Below, in pieces: positions 11,605 to 22,647 of a stretch of DNA of 64,000 bases. The stretch comes from Harriotta raleighana. Taxonomy: Eukaryota. Within the stretch, counting starts at the first letter, position 1; each line of letters starts with the position of its first letter. Made by a program: the position numbers and the translations under genes. The notes beneath the pieces were generated by a model. That model was given only the letters and a program-made list of their open reading frames with translations, did no database searches and was not told the DNA's origin. The stretch lies in NCBI GenBank assembly GCA_050575255.1, contig JBNZDD010013611.1, positions 2,011,479-2,075,478 of the forward strand, in the 5' to 3' direction.

Positions 11605-12025
11605 AGTTGTGGGCAAACACGGCAGCCAATTTGCACCCAGCAAAGTGCCACAAACAGTTATGAAGTCAATTTTATCTGGAGGACTCTTGGGCAGGACATT
11701 TATTTATTTTATTTATTTATTTATTGTANCAAACAGTTATGAAGTCAATTTTATCTGGAGGACTCTTGGGCAGGACATTGCGAGAAACTCCCNTTTATTT
11801 ATTTATTGTATTTTCTTTGTAAATAGTGTCAAGGCATCTTTAACGGAAGACATGACCTAGGTTTAATGTCTCATGAAAAGGCCAGCCAGCACCTTTGATA
11901 ATGGGAGTGTTACTCCAGCACTACATTAGGAGCATCAGCCTGAACGTTGAGTTCAAAGGTCTGACATGGGGCTTGAACTCACAATCATGACTTAAGAGAC
12001 AAGAATGCCTCCAACTAAGTCAAGT
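11605..12025 (-). mobile_element. Deu-domain SINE containing a small N-associated duplication (N at 11729 and 11793)
   Basis: gtgggcaaacacggcagccaatttgcac..ggtttaatgtctcat..actccagcactaca..ggcttgaactcacaatc; 11651-11699 repeated at 11730-11779. Confidence 0.65.
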
Positions 12026-12153
12026 CAATGCGAGTTGGGCTCATGGCACACACAGCAATAGAGTTGAGGCAGTTAGAATCAATTCTTCTGTTTATCTAGA
12101 TCCTGAATCACTATACAAGCACCATATTGAATTTCATCTTCCCCCTTGTACAC

Positions 12154-14406
12154 TTATGCCCAATCATCTGAAAACAGTAAGTAGAATATTCAATGCTTCA
12201 AAAACTGCTTAATGTAAATACTCCAGCTAAAGACTCTTCCTCTTTAGTCTTAAAAGATAAAAGTACTTACAGCTAAGTGATCATTCAAAGCAGAATAAAT
12301 AGTGATTAATGTCCACTTATACCCATCAATTATGAAATAATGAAGCAAAACTAGAAACAAAACCACTATTTCAATACAATACTCAAAGTGTTAGTAAACT
12401 GTTTTACTTTAATTAAACACACATCTAAAATAAGTGGTTTAGTAGCAATAGGCATTAACCAGTCTGCAAGATTAAACAGTTTCTTGAGTGGCAGTGAGTA
12501 AATGGACATCTACTGTAACTAATGATGTGGTTACACTTCAGAGACGACTGAGTAAATTATGCTTCAAAGAAAATTTATTTTTAGTCTTTAAGTCACAAAG
12601 CATTGTACCAAAAGTTTAAGTTTGTGAATTGCCACCTCTCTTCTCAGTATTCTAGGTGATAAAAGAGGGGAAACACTACACCACATGGAGTTCATCATCA
12701 TGAAAGGCTAATAATGTCTTTCAGCATGGACTATTCAGGTCACTGGCAACAGAACTTGCAGGTCAAGCAAGTTTTACATGGAGAGATGTACTCTATTTAC
12801 AACTGGGGGGTGGGGGAGAGGGAGGGAATTCACCTTATTAACATGCAGTTGATGAGCTTCAACTTTCTCCAACTGATAGTCAACAAGCTTAAAACCATTT
12901 TGCTTGAGTCCCAACATCGCCTCCTCACATCCCCTACTGTTCACTCCAACTCAATGTGAATATGGGCATTTTGAGGGTGAACAAGGCAGTCAATTTGCAT
13001 TTAACAACGTTGCACAAACGCAGTGAGTGATCAATTTTATTTGGGGAATCGTTGGGTAGGATATCGGGACACACCCTCTTCTAGTTTCGAATAGTCATGT
13101 GGTATTTTAAATGATGGTTCCTCTGACAATGCAGCACACCCCCAGCACTGCACTGGCAAGCCAGCATTTCTAGGTTCCAAGTCATGAGGTGGGTCTTGAA
13201 CCACAAACTTCTGACTCAGACGAGAGTGCTGCCAACTGAACCAGGCTGACACAAGATTTGGGATATCATCATCCCTATCNTTATGCCCAATCATCTGAAA
13301 ACAGTAAGTAGAATATTCAATGCTTCAAAAACTGCTTAATGTAAATACTCCAGCTAAAGACTCTTCCTCTTTAGTCTTAAAAGATAAAAGTACTTACAGC
13401 TAAGTGATCATTCAAAGCAGAATAAATAGTGATTAATGTCCACTTATACCCATCAATTATGAAATAATGAAGCAAAACTAGAAACAAAACCACTATTTCA
13501 ATACAATACTCAAAGTGTTAGTAAACTGTTTTACTTTAATTAAACACACATCTAAAATAAGTGGTTTAGTAGCAATAGGCATTAACCAGTCTGCAAGATT
13601 AAACAGTTTCTTGAGTGGCAGTGAGTAAATGGACATCTACTGTAACTAATGATGTGGTTACACTTCAGAGACGACTGAGTAAATTATGCTTCAAAGAAAA
13701 TTTATTTTTAGTCTTTAAGTCACAAAGCATTGTACCAAAAGTTTAAGTTTGTGAATTGCCACCTCTCTTCTCAGTATTCTAGGTGATAAAAGAGGGGAAA
13801 CACTACACCACATGGAGTTCATCATCATGAAAGGCTAATAATGTCTTTCAGCATGGACTATTCAGGTCACTGGCAACAGAACTTGCAGGTCAAGCAAGTT
13901 TTACATGGAGAGATGTACTCTATTTACAACTGGGGGGTGGGGGAGAGGGAGGGAATTCACCTTATTAACATGCAGTTGATGAGCTTCAACTTTCTCCAAC
14001 TGATAGTCAACAAGCTTAAAACCATTTTGCTTGAGTCCCAACATCGCCTCCTCACATCCCCTACTGTTCACTCCAACTCAATGTGAATATGGGCATTTTG
14101 AGGGTGAACAAGGCAGTCAATTTGCATTTAACAACGTTGCACAAACGCAGTGAGTGATCAATTTTATTTGGGGAATCGTTGGGTAGGATATCGGGACACA
14201 CCCTCTTCTAGTTTCGAATAGTCATGTGGTATTTTAAATGATGGTTCCTCTGACAATGCAGCACACCCCCAGCACTGCACTGGCAAGCCAGCATTTCTAG
14301 GTTCCAAGTCATGAGGTGGGTCTTGAACCACAAACTTCTGACTCAGACGAGAGTGCTGCCAACTGAACCAGGCTGACACAAGATTTGGGATATCATCATC
14401 CCTATC
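12154..14406. repeat. 1126 bp tandem duplication separated by a single N (13280), probable assembly artefact
   Basis: 12154-13279 repeated at 13281-14406; identical ORFs at 12714 and 13841 (offset 1127). Confidence 0.9.
13000..13250 (-). mobile_element. Deu-domain SINE with tRNA-derived head (duplicated at 14127-14377)
   Basis: Antisense head gtcagcctggttcagttggcagcactctcgtctgagtcagaagtttgtggttcaagacccacc followed by ccagtgcagtgctggg..gctgcattgtcagagg. Confidence 0.75.
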
Positions 14407-14689
14407 CTCACCAGGATTCACTGACTTCCCATTTCCCAGCTGATTGACTTTACGATCCTCAGTCTTACCTCCATCTCTGTAAAACACTTGAAGATGTTCA
14501 AAGTGTTGTTGTACTAGTTAAGGACCGTCTTTTATTTGTACAGCTGCCAAGTTAATAAAAAATTGCCTGGGTAGCAATAAAACAGATCACTGCAATTATT
14601 TGAACCTGAATCTCAATCTGTACACAGTTTACTTAGTTCATGTGAGGCAGTAGTTTGTTTGTGCTCTTGACAGGGTTTTCCAATCGACT

Positions 14690-14930
14690 ATTGTTATCCA
14701 GCGATTCCCTGGGGGAAGGTGGGGGGGGGTAAGAGTGGGCATCGAGTGAGGCCAGGCTCAGTTGAGTTATCTCCTACAATTCATTATGCTCATTGGAAAC
14801 ATTCACAAGTAAGAATAATGGCCACTAAGCAAAAAGTACTGCAAGGAAGCCATTGAACTATACCTCAATAGCAAGAATATGAAGCCAAACGCCTTCAGAG
14901 AAAGAGGAGGAGGAAGAGAAAGGGAGAAAG
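14690..14930 (+). mobile_element. Ancient SINE-like repeat (family C; resembles AmnSINE2-type elements from recall, unverified)
   Basis: gagtgaggccaggctcag..gaataatggccact..gccttcagagaaagaggagg; shared with 20400-20540, 20545-20660, 21110-21245 and 34130-34250. Confidence 0.5.
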
Positions 14931-16584
14931 CTGGAACAGTAAAATTAAAGAGGAAAAAAATGAAATGAATTAATGTTCATCTTCTTCTCTGATCAGAAAC
15001 CATTAACATTTTAATCCTTCAAAGGCCTCACCTTTTTCACCAGTGATGCATCAATTTATTGTAAGGTCATTTCTAAGTTACACTTTTTATAGTGCCTTTC
15101 ACATCGGGCGGATGTTCAAAATCCTCAACATTGCAATGTACTCTTCAATGGCACAGTGGCAAATTGGAATCTAATTGGGTCTTCGATAATCCGTCATAAT
15201 AATAATACATGCATTTGATATAGTCGTTATCATGTCGGTGAGGCATCTCAATCGCTTCACAAAATATACTGTTAAGTGAATTGGCTGTATATTTTGTGGA
15301 TTAAATAAACAGCAAAATTCTGCCCATATTTGTTTGCAACAAATTCCATCCCACTTTGAATGAAAGCACACAAAAAGGACAAGGTGAATAAAAAGATGTA
15401 CAGTATAGGTTTCACCTCGAAGGCTGCTTTTGCATAGCAATTAGAAATAATAACATATTAGGTAAAGTTGCTTGAAAAGAACCCTGTAGTTAACCAACCA
15501 TCTCCCTTTAGCACAAGCACAAATAAAAGGTGTTAATGTACATATCAAAGATTTAGCTATGAAGCTAACAATCTTTGCATAGAATTTATTCAGAATTTGT
15601 CTAAACCAGACTATGTTTTTAATATGTTACTTGGACAATTGAATCTAGTTGTCTAACAAGCAAAACAAAATTGCAACCACGTAAATGCTTGCTATATAGC
15701 ATTTTGCTGAAGGCATTTTAAGACTGAAAAGGATTATGAAATACCACTTACAGCACCGTCAAAAGGATAAGAAATAATGGGAATAATGGTTCAAGTTTAA
15801 AGCATCACTACTGCTTTTTCTGTGAATCCACACTTGCAATCCTGTATCAAAAAGTTAAAAAGCTTGTCTGGTGACATGATAAATAATGCAAACCGATTAG
15901 CAGTAGCCATAACAAAAGATCAAGGTAAGGAACATGTTACAGCATGGCTTAATAGCTTTGTTATTGTTCACAGAAGCTAGATAATGGTGTCTGGACAAAC
16001 ATATCAGTTTGGTGCAAGACTAGACCAGGTTAAATGATGTCAACTGTATACTTCCCATTATACATTTGTAACGTGAAGCAGCTTCTTTCTGTCACAATGG
16101 CATAAAATGGAAGAAAGATCTTAAAGTACAGATACTAAGTTGTCCATGAAGTAGTGCAATATCTGAACGATTTCTCTGTGCAGGGATTACATGTTTGTCT
16201 CAATACACTGTATTGTTCCAATAGAGCTTTTGCTTCGTTGTCAAACCTGACAAATTACGTGTTTACTGAAAAGGATAGCTGTCAGGTAACAGACAACTTT
16301 CCATTACTCTTGCAAATGATTAATAGATTGTCAGTACATAGCGATAAGTTCACTTTACCAGGCATTGTTGTTAGCTGTATTCAGGCGACACTGTTTGCTT
16401 TTGGAATTGAACATACATACCAACAAAACTCTTTGTCTGCACCTAACTTGAACTAATTTGTTTAACCTCTTATTCTATTTTACACATTTATGTACAGTAC
16501 AAGAACTCCAAACACTTTAAAGCCTATCAAAACACCATGTCGTTGTTGCTAAGGGGATGATTTCTGGCCAGAGAAACACTTTTC

Positions 16585-16955
16585 TAATAATATAATCCTT
16601 GCACTTTGGTATAGCGCTTTTCACATCAGGAGAATATTCCGAAGCACTTTACAGGATTTTACTGTGGAGTGACTGCATTTGTGGGCCAATATGGCAGCCA
16701 ATTTGCACACATCAATGTCTCACAAACAGCCATGAAAAGAGTGATCAATTATATTTGACGGACTGTTGGCCGGGACACTGGGAGAGAGTGCCATAGAATC
16801 TCGAATGTCCACCTGAATAGGCAGAAGGGACCTTGCTCAATGTCTCATCCAAAGGACTGTGCCTCTGACAATACATCATCCCCTTTCCCCCAGCACTGCA
16901 TTGTAGTCAGTTTAGACTATGTGAGTCTAAACCCCAATAAGGGGCTTGATCCCAC

Positions 16956-16986
<31 letters not shown>

Positions 16987-17002
16987 ACTAAGCCAGGCTG
17001 AT
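16585..17002 (-). mobile_element. Near full-length Deu-domain SINE (SacSINE1-like)
   Basis: Antisense head tcagcctggcttagtggtagcactcttgcctctgagtcagaaggttgtgggatcaagcccc; Deu body cagtgctggg..ttggatgagacattgagcaaggtccc..attcaggtggacattcgagattctatggcactc; tail ..gtgcaaggattatattatta. Confidence 0.85.
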
Positions 17003-17399
17003 ATTATGATAATATAAGACTTCTCTAACATTTAGTGAATAATTAATAGACTGGTTTAGAAAGGATATTTATATGCCAACTGCAAAAATGAACCCAGATT
17101 GAAGGATACTTAGAGTAGAAAAAGAAGATAGAGTAAATTAAGTTTTATTAGCATTTTCAAGGCCAAAGTCCAACTAAAGTGGCCAGTCATAAGACAATCC
17201 ATAATAACAGTTGACACTTTCACACAAATAATTGTTATGTCTGTCGACAACAGAACAGTCACTGGGAGCAGAGGTGAAATGTCTCGATGACATGGAAACC
17301 TAACCTGTTATTCTGTTGAATCGGTGGATCAGAAAATATTGTGGATCTTCTCAATTTCATTTTAAAATCTTGTATATCTCTATTATGTCCACCACAATG

Positions 17400-17500
17400 A
17401 CTCCTTTCAAGTCTGAAGAGCCCTAAGTTGTCTAATCACTGCACATAGCTCTATCATTGAGGACCATCCATGTTGCTCTCCTCTGCACTGTCTTCAGACC
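17400..17500 (-). mobile_element. CR1 ORF2 fragment
   Basis: Antisense reads LKTVQRRATWMV..LDNLGLFRLER, with a frame break between the two parts. Confidence 0.55.
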
Positions 17501-18230
17501 TGGGCAGCTCCTTATGTACACTAAACATGAAAAATGGCAATATTTTTCACTCCCTTTCAAATATGAGGATTATGAAGTCTTCAGAAAGACATTTTTGTAA
17601 TGATTTTGCAGAACAAATCAGTGTTTTTTGCCCTTAATGTATATTTGAACTCAAGAGTAGGGCTTGTGTATATTTGCAGAATCGAGAATCTACTACCCTT
17701 TACATTCAATCCTAATAGTACTTAATCTATCATGTTGCCCCCATTTGTTTGTGAAGCTTGTTTAGGCGGCATCAGGTTTCCTAGAAATTTGTGCCACATC
17801 ACATTTGGAGAATTACAAAGATTCAGGATTTGTACTCTGTACCATTGCTTGTCTGACTTCACCTTACTTGCAAAACAGACCTAAATATTTAGAATTTAAA
17901 AAAAAGTCAGGAATTTCCTGACCTCACTCAGACTATACTGCGCTGATTAACTCCTTAAAAAAAACTGGATAAGTGTCTGCTTTGGTAGTGTATTAAAGAG
18001 CATTGGTATAGAAGCAGACTGAGATAAATAAACTCTGGGGTGCAATAGTTTCTATGTTACCTTAGAATGTTTGGCAAGGCAGTGGTGGGGGTGGGGGGGG
18101 GGAGGCGGGAAAGTGGGGGGATGAAATGTGAAGAGAAGAAGCAGGCCAAGTCTGAATTTAGGAGACGGATAAGTATTCTGGAATTTTAGGGTTTGTATGG
18201 ATCTGTGCAGAGCTTTCTTCTTGAAAATAA

Positions 18231-18836
18231 CCGCTATTTCAACTCTTCCCACTCTCAGTCTGACCTCTCACCCATCAATGGACTCCGACCGTGTTCCAAT
18301 GAATCCAACACAAGCTCGAGGAACAACACCTCACCTATCTGCTGAGGACCTTACAGCCCTCTGGTCTCAATGTTGATTTCAACAATTTCAGACTATAACA
18401 GCTCACCTTCCCCGTCCCCTTCTTCTCATTACCGCATCCTCCGGGTCCCAAACACACTTTTTCTCTCTTGTCCGCCTGTTCTGTGGCAAATCACCGCTCC
18501 CCCACCCCCCCCAAACTTTGATTTACATTATCAATACTTTTTCTTTCTAGTTTTGTTGCAACCCCCCCCCACCGTTGTTTTGTACCATTAACACCTCTTT
18601 AACCCATCATCTCCTCTCGTCTACCCAATTTTCTCCTTTGGCTTCCTTGTCCCGCCTCCCCCTCTCCGTTAGACTTTAAAAGCCTCTCCCTCCCAACAAA
18701 CCCTACTTCTGATGAACGTTCTTGCATCCGAAATGTTGACTCATTTTCCTTTCTCCATAGATGCTGCCTGACCTGCTGAGTGTACTCAGCGATTTCTGTT
18801 TTTGTTTCAGCATTTCAGCATCCGCAGTATTTTGCA
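18231..18836 (+). mobile_element. Penelope-like element 3' fragment: GIY-YIG endonuclease C-terminus plus terminal repeat region
   Basis: RYFNSSHSQSDLS..(frameshift)..KLEEQHLTYLLRTLQPSGLNVDFNNFRL* (18312-18398), pyrimidine-rich UTR, then ctgatgaa..cgaaa..gact..tagatgctgcctgacctgctgagt..ttctgtttttgtttcag..cagcatccgcagt. Confidence 0.85.
18703..18742 (+). ncRNA. Degenerate minimal hammerhead ribozyme motif in the Penelope-like element
   Basis: CUGAUGA (18709-18715), short stem II region, GAAA (18730-18733), then UGUU GAC; core spacing fits a minimal hammerhead but stem pairing is damaged. Confidence 0.6.
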
Positions 18837-19339
18837 TTACCTATAAATTAATTGGCTGAATAGCCTTTTCCCCGCATGCTTTCTTTTTAATAAAGAACCT
18901 TATCGCATTGAAATGACCTCAATAACTTCACAGTAATTACTGTCACATATAGTGACCATGTTTGTGTTCTTGTGTTAGCTTTAATATGATTGAACTATCC
19001 AAATCCCACAGCAAATTGCTTTAACAGGTAAAGTAAATCCTTTAAGATAAACTAGTTTCTTCATTGGTTGTAAGCTGCATATTCAGAATGTTCATGAGTA
19101 AAGAAAACAGCTGTGAAAATTCCAGTGGTTTATCAAGTAATCAAAGTCATCGACTTCTCATCTAGCGCCTTGGGGCATCCTCCCGACGTGAAAGACGCTC
19201 TATAAATGTAATTTTGTTGTTGTTGTTAAGTAGAAACCAAATTTGCCAATATAAAGACACTACAATTCACAGTTAAATGCTGTGATGTGCTTTGAGATGG
19301 TCTCCTGAATTGAAAGACGCTATACCAAATGTAAGATAA

Positions 19340-19792
19340 TAATAATAAATTGTTCACTTCAATCCACGACTGTTTGTGGGACACTGATGCGCAATTGGCG
19401 TCTGCGGTTTGTCCACAAATTATAAAGTCAATTCACTTTACAGTATATTCTTTGAAGCGCTTTGAGATGCTTCAAAGACATGAGAACAACAACAACAACG
19501 TCAATTTATATAGCGCCCTCCATGGCGTCTCGGAATACTTCACAACAACGGATCCCGGGCCCGAGCCAGAGGGAGGGGGAGAAAGGTGACTGAAGGCTCG
19601 GTTGAACAGAAAGGTCTTGAGCAGAGACCTGAAACTTGGAAGAGAAGGAGCGAGGCGAAGCGAGTGAAGAAGTAAGTCCCAGGGCTTTGGGGCGTAGTGG
19701 CTGAAGTGGAGGATTCGGGGCACAAGGAGGAGACCAGAACCAGAGGAGTGAAGGCACTACATCAAACGAAAGGATAATTATTAATTATTATT
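19340..19792 (+). mobile_element. SINE family A 3' part interrupted by an antisense L2 family B fragment (19485-19750)
   Basis: SINE body runs to gagatgcttcaaagacatga and resumes at aaggcactacatcaaacgaaaggataattatt. Confidence 0.75.
19485..19750 (-). mobile_element. L2 family B 3' fragment with (GTT)n tail
   Basis: Antisense FSHYAPKPWDLLLHSLRLAPSLPSFRSLLKTFLFNRAF (L2 ORF2 end) and aacaacaacaacaacgtcaatttatatagcgccctcc. Confidence 0.85.
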
Positions 19793-20399
19793 TATGTTAA
19801 AATTGTAATTTTGTGATTCTAGCTAAATGTTTATGTTTGTTTTGCCCTATTTTTCATTCCTCTGTATCATTCAGGTGCGTAAATAAGCAACCTCTTCATA
19901 AATCTTTGTCCATTTGGAATGAGCATTTCAAAGCTAACCTTGGTTGCCAAATAAAACGACTAATGCAATAGGTTATTATAAGAAAATTTACTTCTTATCC
20001 AATACAGCAGGTATTGGTGGCAACACATCACGTATTTTAAAATAATTTTAACAGGAATGTTACTGAAATGCTTCAGTATTTAAAAAAATATGAATCACGA
20101 TTTCAGAACCCAAATTACAATCATATTACAGAACTAAACATTGTCTTTATGAATTATGGAGATTTCCACCAATAACAACCCCAGACATTAACAGGTGGAG
20201 CAACAGTCTGTCACCACTTCTATTAGCTGTGTTGACCTCCTCTGAAAGAGGTTGTGTACACAAGAGTATTGTTTTGCTTTCCAAAACACTTGGTGGTCCT
20301 CTAGTTTCTTGGATTTCATTTTGTTAAAAAAAAGTCCATCCACAGCCGTCTTTCTATTTGTGTTTCACTGCGACAAAGTGTTACACAGAAAAGAAGAAC

Positions 20400-20540
20400 T
20401 GAATTATGTGACGGCCTCCAGAGCTCTACCCAAGTGGCCGTTCTTCACATGTGAGCCTCTGCAGGATATTTAACTGTGTCAATAGCATCGTGGAGCTCAA
20501 TCCTGTCCTCACCAGATGCGCATACATAGGTACTTCCCAA
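20400..20540 (-). mobile_element. Family C ancient repeat, minus-strand copy
   Basis: acccaagtggccgttcttcacatgtgagcc..aatcctgtcctcacc is the reverse complement of motifs at 21127-21160 and 20585-20600. Confidence 0.55.
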
Positions 20541-20671
20541 TAAGGAAAAGTGCTGCAAAGTGTCTGTCTGTGTGTGTAGGGGACGATAAGTGAGGGCAGA
20601 TGAGGTTCAGTTGCAATGCACCCTAGTTGAATAACCTGCTACATTCAGTGTCAAGGCTTGGGTAGAATACT

Positions 20672-21060
20672 TATAATAATCCGTTCATTGATACAGCATC
20701 TCATCACATAGTTGAAATGTCTCAAAGTGTTTTACAGGAATTTACTATAATATACAGTGATTTTATTTGTAGGCGAATGCAGCAGCCAATTTACACAGTT
20801 CAATGTTCCATGAACAGTCATAAAGTGACTGACCAATTTTATCTGGCAGATCGCCGGCAAAGACGCTGAGAGAAAAGGTATTCTCTTTTTGAATAGTGTC
20901 AGGGAATCTTTAATGTCTATCTGAACACACAGATGAATTCTTAGTTAGGTTTCAGGTGCAAGTCATCCTAAAGCATGAGCACAAATGTGTAATATGTGCC
21001 TTATATCCATATAACCTTCTAACGCAGAAGCTAGAGTTCTACCAACTGAGCCAGGCTGAC
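20672..21060 (-). mobile_element. Deu-domain SINE lying between two family C segments (20545-20660 and 21110-21245)
   Basis: Tail ataataatcc..tctcaaagtgttttacag; body gcagccaatttacac..ttctctttttgaatagtgtcagggaatctttaatgtc; head accaactgagccaggctgac. Confidence 0.7.
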
Positions 21061-22334
21061 TGACTGAAGTATAAATGACGACAATGTGGTCAAGGTACTA
21101 TTATGGTATTCATCACTTGTTGTCATGGCTTACCCATGAATAATGGCCACTTGGATGAGGTATCAGACAGCACACGTGTCACTCCCAGTAAAGAGAAAGG
21201 GACTTTCAGAAGAGAGGAAGATTAGGGAGGAAAATCGGAGGGGAAAAAAAATGTGCTGTGTGGCAATGTGTTACTTTTGATGTATTCCATTTCGCTTAAA
21301 TGTGAACCTTTATCAGGAATTTTTAAAAGAAAAGTCTGCGACTGAACTACCCGCGAAAAAAAATGCCACTGAGAGCACCACAAGTCTTTCAATTAAAAAC
21401 AGTTACTGAGCAGCTCAAAGAGCCACTATGACAATGTCAATTTGAAGAACACGGAGATGGGCTCCCGAAAGAGCCACATGTCAAGTCCGGTAAATGGATT
21501 GTAGAAAAATGCAGTTAAAACAGGCTAGACTGATAGACTCCTGGAAGGGGTCACACATGTGTGAGGTTTATGGTTGTGGTTTAAAAAAAAGCTACCTACA
21601 AAAACAAAAGACTCCAGAGGTACATACATTTAGGCAAAGAGACAGGATGGTTTTCTTCCAGTTGGATGCTTTTTTAAAAAAAAAATACATCAATGAAGTT
21701 ACTGGAGCAATAAATAAGTTGAAAGACCATTTTCTTCAGGGTGTTTGGCAATTGCCATTACAAACGTTACAAATAAGGCAACAGTAATACATTTTAAAAA
21801 AAGCTGAATAAATGTCTCGCTAAAGTTAATTTATCGAGTAGCTGCTTAATTCACCTGGCAGTCCTCGGGTATAAATCTCGTTGCTCAGGCTATATGTAAA
21901 GACCGACAGGTGGTGCCTGTATTGCTTAAACATGAACATTCACCTCACTCTATTTATTGAAGGATCCATGGAGACGAAAGAAACAGAACCTAATTATGCC
22001 AACATCTTTACATTTTTGTTTAGAAGCATAATACAGTGTGAGTTTAAAAACACGCTGCATTGAGCTGTTACTATATTTTATTATGTAACATACGGAGAAG
22101 ATTTAAAGAGAAGATTTCATAGACCCATTCCGCAGTTCTATTTGACTGATCAAAGTCACAGATAAACCGATCTAGCTGTATGGGTGTCTAAAATAAGTCA
22201 TTTATTTGGAATCCGGTTAGAAATTTTGCTGACTTACACAAGCTCTATAACAGAGCAGAATTCCCACAAATCAGTGTGTTCCATTTTCAGTAACCTGAAG
22301 GAAGCCCCTCTTGCACTTTGTACAATTCAGAAGC

Positions 22335-22640
22335 TTTCTGTGTCAGTCTGGCATAGTCAGCACTTTGAATTCATAAGTCTAGGCTTACACTCCACTGCAG
22401 TGCTGGGGGGATATCTCACTGTTGGATGTGCTGTCCTTCAGATAAGACATTAAACCGAGGTCTCGCCTGCCTGGTGTATATTAAAGTCCTGTGGCACTAT
22501 TTGAAAAGAGAAGAGTTACACCTGGTGCCCTGGTCAATAATCCCCCAGATAAAATGTTGTCATTCACCTCATAGACATTTGTCGAACATTACTGTGTATA
22601 AATTTGCTGCGATGATTACCTACAAATACACAGTACTATA
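22335..22640 (+). mobile_element. Deu-domain SINE
   Basis: ctccactgcagtgctggggg..cactgttggatgtgctgtccttcagataagacattaaaccgaggtctcgcctgcc..gtggcactatttgaaaagagaag..ctggtgccctggtcaata. Confidence 0.8.
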
Positions 22641-22647
22641 GTATACA

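Noticed and set aside
12714-14086. Duplicated identical 81 aa ORFs suggesting tandem paralogues (also 29429/31554, 30360/32485, 57022/58029)
   Set aside because: They lie in N-associated duplications and are either unrecognisable or L2-derived
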